From: a virus
Lineage: Duplodnaviria > Caudoviricetes
Length of the DNA stretch: 56,092 nucleotides
Reading direction: 5' to 3' (one strand)
IMG/VR virus record: IMGVR_UViG_3300027839_000010
Span: 1 to 56,092 of that record
The translations under genes and the position numbers were made by a program. Every line of letters starts with the position of its first letter. Position 1 is the first letter of the stretch. Shown here piece by piece: positions 28,028 through 37,113 of this stretch. The notes beneath the pieces are model-generated. The model made no database searches and was not told where the DNA came from. It saw only the letters and a list, made by a program, of their open reading frames with translations.

Positions 28028-28774
28028 ATGCTAAAAGAGATATTTGTATTATCTTTAATGTTAGTTATACCATTAAGTGCTAATGCTCAAATAGTAGGCG
28101 ATGGTACAGACAATGTAATTATACATGATTATCCTTTTGATATAACAATATTAGAGGGTGGAAGTTTCACACTTTACAATTATAATGGAACAGGTAGTAT
28201 TAACATAGTCAGTTATGGATGGTTTGAGGAACACGAAGCATTGGAGAACAACATAGTAACAGTTAGACTATTACCTGAAACGATTCCTGGTACGTACATT
28301 GTTAATGATGTTTACAATAACAGCACTATCAGCACTGTTACAGTTGTTGCACCATATGTTCCTGTATCAAGTATTGATGAAATGTTTGTGTCAAATGATG
28401 TAGGTAACTCATATGTAAGAATGATTGGAACTACTTCATATCAAAGCGAAGAAATAACTTTTGTATTCTATGATTTAAATAACAATGTGATTGATCAATA
28501 TACACATATAACAAATTATGATGGAAGTTATGAAGCCATTTGGAGAATATTGGATTATTTACCAGATGGAGTTTACTATGTTGAATTGGATAACCAAGTC
28601 AGACAGTTTGAGTGGAAATCAATTGAACAGTTCAGTCCAAGTATTCCTATAGAAAGTACGATTGTAGATGAACCTATAGAGTCTGTTACAGAATCATCTG
28701 ATATAGAAGTATTAGACTTGAGACTTAGAATACTTCAAGTTCTTGAAAGTATATTCAAGATAATATTAGGTTAA
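28028..28774 (+). CDS. secreted/surface beta-rich acidic protein
   Basis: Signal peptide MLKEIFVLSLMLVIPLSANA, Ig-like beta-rich body, amphipathic C-terminal helix, own TATA. Confidence 0.65.
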   Translation: MLKEIFVLSLMLVIPLSANAQIVGDGTDNVIIHDYPFDITILEGGSFTLYNYNGTGSINIVSYGWFEEHEALENNIVTVRLLPETIPGTYIVNDVYNNSTISTVTVVAPYVPVSSIDEMFVSNDVGNSYVRMIGTTSYQSEEITFVFYDLNNNVIDQYTHITNYDGSYEAIWRILDYLPDGVYYVELDNQVRQFEWKSIEQFSPSIPIESTIVDEPIESVTESSDIEVLDLRLRILQVLESIFKIILG

Positions 28775-28817
28775 TTTTTGATAAGCTTTATATCAAAGTT
28801 CTTTCCTTACTAAACTA

Positions 28818-29156
28818 ATGAACGTAACCGAAGTTCTTGATATAGAAACAACTGAAGGTAACTCTAATTCCATTGCTTTAAAAGCAGGGGATAAAATTAC
28901 CGTACAAGGCTTTAGCACTAAATATGTTGAAGGCGTTGGTTCTGATATCGCAGAAATAGAGACTACAGAAGGTCTAAGACATTCTTTTGGTAAGACTGTA
29001 ATTGGTCAAGCTAAGAGTGAGTACTGGAATGATGTAGTTTCAAAATGTTTGGAAAAAGATTCAGACGATGGACTTGACATTTGGGTTGTTGAAAAAACAG
29101 CAGAAGGCACAGGACGTGCAATGTTAGCTCTATCTATGTTTGCTCCCAAACAATAA
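28818..29156 (+). CDS. hypothetical protein, possible OB-fold ssDNA-binding protein
   Basis: Beta-strand pattern (GDKITVQGF...IAEIETTEG...DIWVVEK); promoter TTTATATCAAA; T-tract terminator. Confidence 0.5.
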   Translation: MNVTEVLDIETTEGNSNSIALKAGDKITVQGFSTKYVEGVGSDIAEIETTEGLRHSFGKTVIGQAKSEYWNDVVSKCLEKDSDDGLDIWVVEKTAEGTGRAMLALSMFAPKQ

Positions 29157-29168
29157 CTTTTTTTTATT

Positions 29169-29591
29169 ATGGATACTTTCAAACGTGATTTAGCAGGAGG
29201 AAAATTGATAGAGGAAAAACACCTATCAATCATACAAGAGAAATATCCTGATGCACATATTATTGACGGGTATTGCAAGGAATGGGATATTTTTATTCCA
29301 AGTAAAAATATGGGTGTAGAAATTAAAAGTGATAAAATGTCACAGTCAACTGGAAATATAGTTGTTGAAATTAATTTTAATAACAAACCTAGTGCATTAA
29401 GCACAACAAAATCAAAATATTGGATATTTGATACAGGATTAAAAAGTATAACAGTTGAAGTAAACGATTTAAAAAACCTTGTAAAACAGTTTAAAACAAG
29501 ACATTTTACGGCAAGAGGAGATACAAAACAAAAAGAAGCCTACTTGATTAAACAAAAATTTATAGAAGATATAAGTACTAATATTGTTTAG
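29169..29591 (+). CDS. PD-(D/E)xK nuclease-family protein
   Basis: G...E, WDIFI...VEIKSD, TGNIVVE. Confidence 0.65.
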   Translation: MDTFKRDLAGGKLIEEKHLSIIQEKYPDAHIIDGYCKEWDIFIPSKNMGVEIKSDKMSQSTGNIVVEINFNNKPSALSTTKSKYWIFDTGLKSITVEVNDLKNLVKQFKTRHFTARGDTKQKEAYLIKQKFIEDISTNIV

Positions 29592-29681
29592 TTATGCCCT
29601 TTCTTTTTTGTTTTAAATGTTTCAAGTTCTACAATGTTAGAACTGGTAGGCATATACACAATAATTCTAACGACTGTAACG

Positions 29682-30047
29682 CTACTTCAGAGAATGTTTA
29701 ATCTTTTCAAGGTGTCTACCTGCTTTATTCTTATCTCGTCTAATCCAGCGTATTTGTACACCACAACATCTTAGCATTTTTTGGATAGTTTTTCTATGTA
29801 AAGCCTTCAGATTATCTGTAGTAACACGATATGTACCGTTAACTTGTCTTACTATGAGTCTAGAGTCGCTGTATATCTTGATGTTCTTTAGGTTATTAGT
29901 GTCTATGTATTCTAGTGTGTATATAAGGGCGAGGTATTCGAGTTCGTTATTGGTAAGTTCTCCCCCCCTTGTTTTGACTATAATCTTATCATCATGAACT
30001 AAACAGATAGCGTTACCTCTTGTACCGCCATCACAATATATGATCAT
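29682..30047 (-). CDS. rnhA: ribonuclease HI
   Basis: IYCDGG, TNNELEYLAL, YSDSRLIVRQVNG and WIRRDKNKAG. Confidence 0.9.
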   Translation of the reverse strand: MIIYCDGGTRGNAICLVHDDKIIVKTRGGELTNNELEYLALIYTLEYIDTNNLKNIKIYSDSRLIVRQVNGTYRVTTDNLKALHRKTIQKMLRCCGVQIRWIRRDKNKAGRHLEKIKHSLK

Positions 30048-30268
30048 TTATATTCACTTTTAATTTCTTCAGAAAATTCATTAGGTTTAAATTCCTTTTC
30101 CTTAACTTGCTTTTCTTCTTCTACTTCTTCAACATCCCCATTAAGCATAAAGAATATCTCTCGTAGTATAACAATACCTAATAATAGTATGCCTATTGGC
30201 ATGAACATAACTAACATTACAGCAGTAATAATCCACCATAATCCTCTACTCATATTATCTACAAACAA
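30044..30268 (-). CDS. small membrane protein
   Basis: Hydrophobic hairpin followed by an acidic tail. Confidence 0.55.
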   Translation of the reverse strand: MFVDNMSRGLWWIITAVMLVMFMPIGILLLGIVILREIFFMLNGDVEEVEEEKQVKEKEFKPNEFSEEIKSEYK

Positions 30269-30287
30269 TTGATAGTTATATACTTTT

Positions 30288-30673
30288 TTAAGAAATCTTG
30301 AATGTATTTAGTAGGTTATCACATGATTTAACACGTCTTTCATACCATGATTTTTCATCATCTGAAATGTCAGATTCTAATAAATCAGTGTAATATGATT
30401 TAGTTTTCAACCACATTTTCTCATGTGCTTTATCCATTAGTATGTTCCTTTTCATGATCAATTATTCTTTTAAAATCATATGTTGTAACATAATCCGTAT
30501 CAATTGTAAATCCACAATCTTTACATTTATAATTCATTATTTTTTACCTTTGGATGTTTTGTTGTATATGCTTTTCTACAAAGATTACCACAATAGATTC
30601 TTTGTCTTCCTTTATATCTAGACGGTAATTCTGATTTACATTCGATACAGTAAAATACCTTGTTGTTTTTCAA
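30288..30673 (-). other. three coupled micro-ORFs (30527-30673 CxxC/YCxxxC; 30430-30537 C2H2-like; 30288-30437)
   Basis: Hand translations, e.g. MNYKCKDCGF...DHEKEH. Confidence 0.5.
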
Positions 30674-30698
30674 CTATTTACTATAAAAAGGGTACTAT

Positions 30699-31772
30699 TT
30701 AAGACTTTGTGTACCGTGTCCAATAATCATTATGAGATGATTCTGGAACACCTACTTTTTTCTCAGTTGGTTTTATGAAATCTTTCATATTTTGCTCTTC
30801 ACAAGCATCTTTCTCAACTGGTTTCTTTTCTGGTTTCTTTTCATTATGAACTTCATTGAATCCACCTTGAGTTGCAGTTGTCATTGATTCTTTCTCAGTG
30901 TTATCGTTCATATCTTCTATACCTTTTTTCTCGTCTGAAATCATTGCATTATATTCTGCTTCTACATCTTCTTTAGTTTTATCAGATACTCCACCCACCA
31001 TTGATCTTGAGTGATCTAATTTATATTTTGGTTCTTCTTTATGATCTTCTTCATAATCATCATCAGCATCGAATGAAGTGTCAGTTGAAACGTTTCCATA
31101 GACACCATGTTCTACATCAGATTTTACAAAATTAACTTTAGATATGTATACTCTTGCTTCTTCAGGAATTTCTAACCAATTTCTTGTAATATATGATAAA
31201 GGGCATCTTGCTTTAGTCAATGCTTCTGCTCTATCTTCAGAAGATAATTTGTTCCAAGGCTTTCCTTTTACAATTTCAGACACATGGAACGTATCATTTA
31301 TATGTATTTCTTGAAAATATCCACTTGATTTTAGTAATGTAATATATGAACCTGACATTTTAACAACAGTTCCATCTCCTTCAATACCATTATCAAAATA
31401 TTTTATCTTATCTCCTAACTTGGTATCTGCAAGCTTATCCATATCTGTTTTACCTTGTGTTCCTATATAAGTTTCACTCTCTACAGCATCTCCTCTTGTT
31501 CCTCTATATGTTTCATCTGGTCTAGGATCAGAACCATCATTTGGTCTACCATATCCATATGTATTCTTATCTTTTTCTTCAGTTTCATCGTCTTTAAATG
31601 AAGGTGCAGGATGTTCCCATCTTTCCAATTCTTTATCTCCTATTTCACTAGGTTCTTGTTCTCCTGAAGGCTCAAAAACATGTCTACCTTGAACTCTACG
31701 AAATTTTCCTGATTCTCCAGTCTCAGGATTGACTATAGCAGGTCGTTTTCTAGGCTTTGATACTTCTACCAT
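30699..31772 (-). CDS. acidic, largely disordered late protein (possible internal virion protein)
   Basis: 357 aa with its own late promoter, a central SH3-like segment and several xKS motifs. Confidence 0.65.
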   Translation of the reverse strand: MVEVSKPRKRPAIVNPETGESGKFRRVQGRHVFEPSGEQEPSEIGDKELERWEHPAPSFKDDETEEKDKNTYGYGRPNDGSDPRPDETYRGTRGDAVESETYIGTQGKTDMDKLADTKLGDKIKYFDNGIEGDGTVVKMSGSYITLLKSSGYFQEIHINDTFHVSEIVKGKPWNKLSSEDRAEALTKARCPLSYITRNWLEIPEEARVYISKVNFVKSDVEHGVYGNVSTDTSFDADDDYEEDHKEEPKYKLDHSRSMVGGVSDKTKEDVEAEYNAMISDEKKGIEDMNDNTEKESMTTATQGGFNEVHNEKKPEKKPVEKDACEEQNMKDFIKPTEKKVGVPESSHNDYWTRYTKS

Positions 31773-31794
31773 GTATATATTTGGTACTTTAATA

Positions 31795-31806
31795 CTTATA
31801 AAGATT
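31795..31806 (-). promoter_or_regulatory. late TATA promoter (AATCTTTATAAG)
   Basis: The identical 12-mer also occurs at 37113-37124 and 43750-43761, each 22-23 nt before an ATG. Confidence 0.7.
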
Positions 31807-33202
31807 AACCAAATAAGGTTTCTTGTAGTTTTTTAGACATTGTGATAACGTGCCATTGATCTCCAGATGCTATTGCTTGACAGGCTATGGCTAATGAATC
31901 AGCATGGTCGTCTTTATAATCTGATTTGATTTTCATCAGTTTTGTCTCTGTATATTCTCTTGTTAACATTCCTAATTGTTTTGCTAATTCTTGTCTTCCC
32001 CCGATTTTTATACGTTTTTGTTCAAATAATATTCTCAAGTTCTTGTATATAAGTTCTTTTTCTTTTAATGAAAATACGATACCTCTTACGATTAATGACC
32101 TTTCTTGTAACAGATCAAACAATCCAGCACCTAATCCAGTCTCATCAACATAGATCATCTCTGCATTAAATTTTTCTGCTAATTCCTGCGTTCTACCTGC
32201 AACATCAACTATATTTGATTGACCTTCTTTTTCTTGAAATACTACAAAAATTATATCATTCTCATCTTTAGATATAACAGTGAATACGGTTTCATCCATA
32301 CCACTTCTTGCAACGTCTACTCCAATATAATATTTTACATTACCATATGGCTTACCATCTATCATTGCATCCTGTAAAAGATTCTGTGGGAAAAGTGCAT
32401 TACCTATTTCTAAGAACTCTCCTAATACTTCCAATGCATAACTTTCTCTAGTTTGATTTTCTAAGAATTTAATATAATCTGGATCTTTTGCAATCATTGG
32501 GTTTTCAGTAGATTTTACATGGAACTGTGTCCATTGACCATCTGATGAAACAGGTTTTCCGTTAAGTGTCTTTGAATTTTGACAAGCACTGTAAAAATAT
32601 CCCATCATGGAAAACGGTGTAGATGTTAACCATACCTTTGCTCTTGTTGCGGCTCCTGCTGGAAACAATGCGGTAAGAATATCTTCTTTGATAAATGAAC
32701 ATTCGTCCACTATGATTACATGTGGGGAATAACCTCTTAATCCAGTACCTGTCTCTCCAGTTGCTCTTGTTACAATCTTTGTAGTTCCTTTGTCATCAAG
32801 CCATCTTAACCACATTTCTGTTTGTGTATTTCTTACTATGTAATCTCCAAGAATATCACTTCCTATTACTAATTCTCTTATTCTATCATACATGATGCTA
32901 GCCTGGTTTTGTGTAGGGGCGACAATCAAAATAGTACATTCTCTATTAACAGTCTCAGATAACATAGGTGCAAAGAAAGCAAAATGTATAGCTTTGACGG
33001 CAGTTGACATGGTTTTACCCACCTGTCTACCGCTTCTATATACTATGAATCTATCAAGACAGTCAACATATTTCTTATTATATGGAAATAGTTTATGATT
33101 TAAAAATACGTCAGAAAATACTGAAGGTTTTTGAGCACACTCTACAAACGTTTTGACAAAATCTTCACGTTTACCAATGTCTTCCTCACTTATTCGAGCC
33201 AT
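31805..33202 (-). CDS. terL: terminase large subunit
   Basis: Walker A SGRQVGKT, APTQNQA, Walker B VIIVDE, LTSTP; nuclease motifs IGVDVARSGMD, VDETGLG and DDHADSLA. Confidence 0.95.
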   Translation of the reverse strand: MARISEEDIGKREDFVKTFVECAQKPSVFSDVFLNHKLFPYNKKYVDCLDRFIVYRSGRQVGKTMSTAVKAIHFAFFAPMLSETVNRECTILIVAPTQNQASIMYDRIRELVIGSDILGDYIVRNTQTEMWLRWLDDKGTTKIVTRATGETGTGLRGYSPHVIIVDECSFIKEDILTALFPAGAATRAKVWLTSTPFSMMGYFYSACQNSKTLNGKPVSSDGQWTQFHVKSTENPMIAKDPDYIKFLENQTRESYALEVLGEFLEIGNALFPQNLLQDAMIDGKPYGNVKYYIGVDVARSGMDETVFTVISKDENDIIFVVFQEKEGQSNIVDVAGRTQELAEKFNAEMIYVDETGLGAGLFDLLQERSLIVRGIVFSLKEKELIYKNLRILFEQKRIKIGGRQELAKQLGMLTREYTETKLMKIKSDYKDDHADSLAIACQAIASGDQWHVITMSKKLQETLFG

Positions 33203-33716
33203 CTTCCATCATAGATTTCTTTGCTGTCATTTCTTTAAATATACTTTTCATAATATTCTTCTCATCAAACACCTGAGTTTCTTTAATTTCTACTTTACCT
33301 GATAATTCAACCATGGTATTAATAATTTTTAGTAATGAGTTTAACTGGGCATTAGTATTTCTATCTGGTATATTACCATCCATCTTTGATTCTCCTAATG
33401 CTACAAATATCTGTTCTGTGTATAGTTTAACTAGATAGTCTAATATTCCTTTTAGTTGTTCTGGATCTCTTGTATCCATGTCTCCTATTACTTTTTGTAT
33501 ATCTTCTCTTATTGCACATGATGCATCTAATTCGTATTTTGGACATTTTCCATTGCCCCCACTATCAACTGATCTATATATACAGTCATTACATAAAGCT
33601 GGTAGTTCAGCAGAACGTAAATGTTTAGCGGCATTAAATGCACTGACAGATTTTCTCTTATCTATATTGCCTATCATTTTACCTTTATCTGATTTAATTA
33701 TAATTCCATCTGCCAT
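33186..33716 (-). CDS. putative terminase small subunit (Cys-containing)
   Basis: Directly upstream of and overlapping terL; helical C-terminus. Assignment is positional. Confidence 0.5.
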   Translation of the reverse strand: MADGIIIKSDKGKMIGNIDKRKSVSAFNAAKHLRSAELPALCNDCIYRSVDSGGNGKCPKYELDASCAIREDIQKVIGDMDTRDPEQLKGILDYLVKLYTEQIFVALGESKMDGNIPDRNTNAQLNSLLKIINTMVELSGKVEIKETQVFDEKNIMKSIFKEMTAKKSMMEDGSNK

Positions 33717-33796
33717 ATAAACAAATTAATAGAACGAGTATTTAAAGTTACATTTACAAATGAATAATATAAATAGTATTACATTACTATTTAAAC

Positions 33797-34582
33797 ATGA
33801 AGTATATTGCCATAATAGTTATATTTATGGTTTTATTTATGAACATACCTATACATGCTGAAATTGAGTCAAATAGTAGATATGATACATTAAAATTAAA
33901 ACATGTTACTAATCCTAATGTTTGTTTATTTGAAGTAAATCCTGAGTTGTATGATGATTGGGAGGGGTTGAGAAATATAACAATATCTGCAATAGAAGAA
34001 TGGATAATAAAATTAGAATATGCTTATCCTAATGGAGATTGGAGTGTTCCTATAGAAACAATATCTTGGGAAGATCATAAAACTGCAAGTGCATTAGATT
34101 ATCCTCAATGTAATATTATGATAAATTATGACAAGTCTTCAAATAGTAAAACATTAGGAAACACAGGTTTAAATTTTAATCAGTCTTGGCATAAATTTAT
34201 GTTCATTAATATATTTTTAGAAAGTCAAAAGAATATAACTAAAATTGTTATAGGTAGTAATATGTCTAATTCTACAATTAACATGATACAACAAAGTTAT
34301 CCTTTATCAGAAAATACAATAAAAAATATCATATTACATGAATTTGGGCATGGTTTAGGTTTAGCACATTTTAATACAAATAGGTCAATGATAGATTATA
34401 CACAATCTGTAATGACACCAACAATAAAACCATTTGATGAAAATCAGTTTTTATCTGTCACATATATAGATTTAGTCATGATTGGTAAAATATATGGAGA
34501 AAATGGATGGAATAAACCATCACCAGTATTTCATATTAAGGGATGTCATATATCAGATAGTTATATTTTTAGATGTTTTTAA
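33797..34582 (+). CDS. secreted matrixin-like (M10) metalloprotease
   Basis: Signal peptide; HEFGHGLGLAH (HExxHxxGxxH); Met-turn SVM. Confidence 0.85.
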   Translation: MKYIAIIVIFMVLFMNIPIHAEIESNSRYDTLKLKHVTNPNVCLFEVNPELYDDWEGLRNITISAIEEWIIKLEYAYPNGDWSVPIETISWEDHKTASALDYPQCNIMINYDKSSNSKTLGNTGLNFNQSWHKFMFINIFLESQKNITKIVIGSNMSNSTINMIQQSYPLSENTIKNIILHEFGHGLGLAHFNTNRSMIDYTQSVMTPTIKPFDENQFLSVTYIDLVMIGKIYGENGWNKPSPVFHIKGCHISDSYIFRCF

Positions 34583-34680
34583 TTCCCAAAGGGAAGGAAT
34601 AAGTCTTACGTGCTTATTCACTATCGACCTGATAGAACGGGTTTAAGAGGGCTACCGTTTAAGGGTAATCCCTGACAACC
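34583..34680 (-). ncRNA. candidate small structured RNA
   Basis: GC-enriched island beginning 22 nt after CTTTATATA. Stems: AGGG-A-TTACC/GGTAG-CCCT, CTATC/GATAG, GAATAAG/CTTATTC and TTCCC/GGGAA. Confidence 0.55.
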
Positions 34681-34710
34681 TATATTTATTTAGTATAGTT
34701 GTATATAAAG

Positions 34711-35475
34711 TTATTTGAAATTCGCATCATAAATGTTGAAAGATTTACACATAGGCATGAATAATACTGCAAAAGGTAGTTTTAAAAGAGCATTATACTC
34801 ATTATCTAACACCTGTTGTTTTGTAATTCCTATGATTTCTAAATTCTCTTTATATTTTTCTAAATAATATTGAAGTTGTGAAACCATTCCCTTACCTTTG
34901 TTTCCAAAATACATTGATATAGTACTGTTATTCATCCATATTTCTGTCTTCTTAGATACTGCGGCTGATATCCATGCTGATGTGTCTATTGATTCAAACA
35001 TTTTATTTCTTTTGATAAAGTTTCCTTTTGCTAGACCGTGGTATTTTAGTGGTGGTAGTTTCTTTATTTGATCTTCCATTTCTATTCTTCCTTTTATCTC
35101 CCCCAAACAAACATAGTCATCTCTTTTTGGTTTCAATCTAGAAATATGTTGTAGGTAGTTTTGTTGTAAAACTGGTATAGTCCAATCTATTCCCATATCT
35201 CTTTCTTCTTTTAGGCATTTTATAGTGCCTTCCATATCATAATATATATCAAACTGTGTAGCATAGTCATATTTTAACTTGTTTTTTATCAGCCATTCAC
35301 GATATTTTTCTTTATTTCCCTTCACACCTGCTACTACAAACAAAGATTCAAAATTGTCACGATATGAATCAATACTAGCATATGCATATTTATGAGCAAC
35401 CATTACATTTTTTACTCCACAGTCTATCAACGCCTGCCTGGTTGCTTTATTATTAGCATTGAAATATACTTTCAT
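34711..35475 (-). CDS. TGT-fold DpdA-like transglycosylase (divergent)
   Basis: Ordered motifs YATQFDI, IPVLQ, YVCLGE, KYHGLA and FESIDTSAW match phage DpdA/TGT-like proteins. Confidence 0.6.
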   Translation of the reverse strand: MKVYFNANNKATRQALIDCGVKNVMVAHKYAYASIDSYRDNFESLFVVAGVKGNKEKYREWLIKNKLKYDYATQFDIYYDMEGTIKCLKEERDMGIDWTIPVLQQNYLQHISRLKPKRDDYVCLGEIKGRIEMEDQIKKLPPLKYHGLAKGNFIKRNKMFESIDTSAWISAAVSKKTEIWMNNSTISMYFGNKGKGMVSQLQYYLEKYKENLEIIGITKQQVLDNEYNALLKLPFAVLFMPMCKSFNIYDANFK

Positions 35476-35548
35476 AAGTCTTCAACAAATAACTTTAATA
35501 ATTCAGCTTTACGTTTACATCTTCTACAGTCTTCACTTATTGGTATTT

Positions 35549-35755
35549 TCAATTCCAAACTCCTGTAGAGGTTGGATTTTTTTCAACAGTTATTTGAGAA
35601 TTTGTAAACTCCCATATATGACCATCATCTAATATACAAGTAAATAATTTTGAAGTCTCCATACCATATTCAGTTACTAACCAAATTCTTGCTTTACCTT
35701 TTGGCGTATTAACTCTTATACTGTTTACTGGCTCAAAAATCTTTATGACATTCAC
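35549..35755 (-). CDS. small beta-rich hypothetical protein
   Basis: VNTPKGKARIWLVTEYG...GHIWEF. Confidence 0.55.
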   Translation of the reverse strand: MNVIKIFEPVNSIRVNTPKGKARIWLVTEYGMETSKLFTCILDDGHIWEFTNSQITVEKNPTSTGVWN

Positions 35756-35939
35756 ACCTACAAGGTTCTAATCCAGCATACTGTTTTGGGCAAGTTTTAT
35801 GTTTACTGTCTTTACAAGCAGGATATATCATATTATTCTCCTGATATCTTATGACATAAACATTCGCATTTTATATCAATTCTTATTATAGGACAGTCAA
35901 AGTGTCTATGAGTATGGCATTCAGGAGATATTATTTTCA

Positions 35940-36701
35940 CTAGTCTTCTCCAAACGTAGAAAAGCACTTACTTGCATACTCACACATTCCATCACATAAG
36001 TAATTTCTTTGTCGGTCAGGTAAGTCTCCAGATGTTAAGGAGTCTTTTATTACATTTGAATTGATTATCATTGCTTTTAATGTCTCTTCAGGTTTCTTTA
36101 ATACGAATGATATTGGTGTAGGTTTATCTCTTTTCTCTTTTGATACAGAATTAGATACATAAATAACACATCCTTTCTTTGCATCCATATCATAGCATTT
36201 ATTTAGTAAAACTCTGTAACAATTAATCTGTGCCATATGTGAATCAGAAGCGTTTGAATTATGTTTCTGAAAATATTCTATTGAACCAGTAGTTTTTTTA
36301 TCACAGATGATATATTCTCCATCAACTTCTATTAAATCATCTATACTTCCATAAATTATATCCAATTGTCTAGCATCGTCTTGTGGAATCTTTTTTGCTT
36401 CTTCGTATGTCAATGCTACATCTTTAACATAATCATATGCAAGGAACATTTCATGTTTATCTTCTTCTGCAACATCACTTGCAGAATGTAATATCTGACC
36501 AAAATAAAGTGATTTCATGTTTTCTGTATCCATAGTTTTGTATTCATCAGGGGTGTTTTTACTATACATGACATTTCTCATACAAGGTTTAATTAAATCT
36601 GAAACGTGTATTACACCTAATCTTTCTGTATGCATTGCTTTCATTTGTGATTTTCTAAAAGCAAAATATGCATTATCTTCAACTGTTTTATTTAATACCA
36701 T
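35940..36701 (-). CDS. Cas4-like Fe-S exonuclease (solo)
   Basis: HVSDLIKPC, GSIDD...ICDKKT, QINCY and C-terminal CDGMCEYASKC. Confidence 0.85.
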   Translation of the reverse strand: MVLNKTVEDNAYFAFRKSQMKAMHTERLGVIHVSDLIKPCMRNVMYSKNTPDEYKTMDTENMKSLYFGQILHSASDVAEEDKHEMFLAYDYVKDVALTYEEAKKIPQDDARQLDIIYGSIDDLIEVDGEYIICDKKTTGSIEYFQKHNSNASDSHMAQINCYRVLLNKCYDMDAKKGCVIYVSNSVSKEKRDKPTPISFVLKKPEETLKAMIINSNVIKDSLTSGDLPDRQRNYLCDGMCEYASKCFSTFGED

Positions 36702-36737
36702 GTGATATAAATACAGGTATTGTTAATAAATGTTAGC

Positions 36738-37091
36738 CTAATATGACTCTAATAATGTAAAAGTGAATGTAGTTGACTGTATTGTCATAACTGAAGAATC
36801 ATCTAATATCTCAACTTCTCCTTCCCAGACACCTGCATTTGCTATGACTGTATTGGCGGCAGTTAAAGTATAAGAAACAAGACCAGCAGACCTAGTAACA
36901 AATGTAAGAGTACCATCTATTAAGAGTGTACCATCTGGCTTCCATACCTTCCATTTACCTGAATTATATGATGTAGTTGATGACATATCTACTACTGTTC
37001 CTGTGTCATCTGTTAGTGTTAGTGTTAATGTTCTTCTACTCCCCACTTTTTCAACAAATTCTATGTCTCTTTTACGCATAAACATACTCAT
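36738..37091 (-). CDS. BppU-N-like baseplate/tail Ig-fold protein
   Basis: LTLTDDTGTVVDM...WKPDG...GLVSYTLTAANT..AGVWEGEVEI. Confidence 0.65.
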   Translation of the reverse strand: MSMFMRKRDIEFVEKVGSRRTLTLTLTDDTGTVVDMSSTTSYNSGKWKVWKPDGTLLIDGTLTFVTRSAGLVSYTLTAANTVIANAGVWEGEVEILDDSSVMTIQSTTFTFTLLESY

Positions 37092-37113
37092 AATATTACA
37101 ACTATGTTGTATC

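Noticed and set aside
34620-34645. Hammerhead ribozyme core (CTGATAGA on the plus strand)
   Set aside because: It does not match CUGANGA with a correctly placed GAAA.
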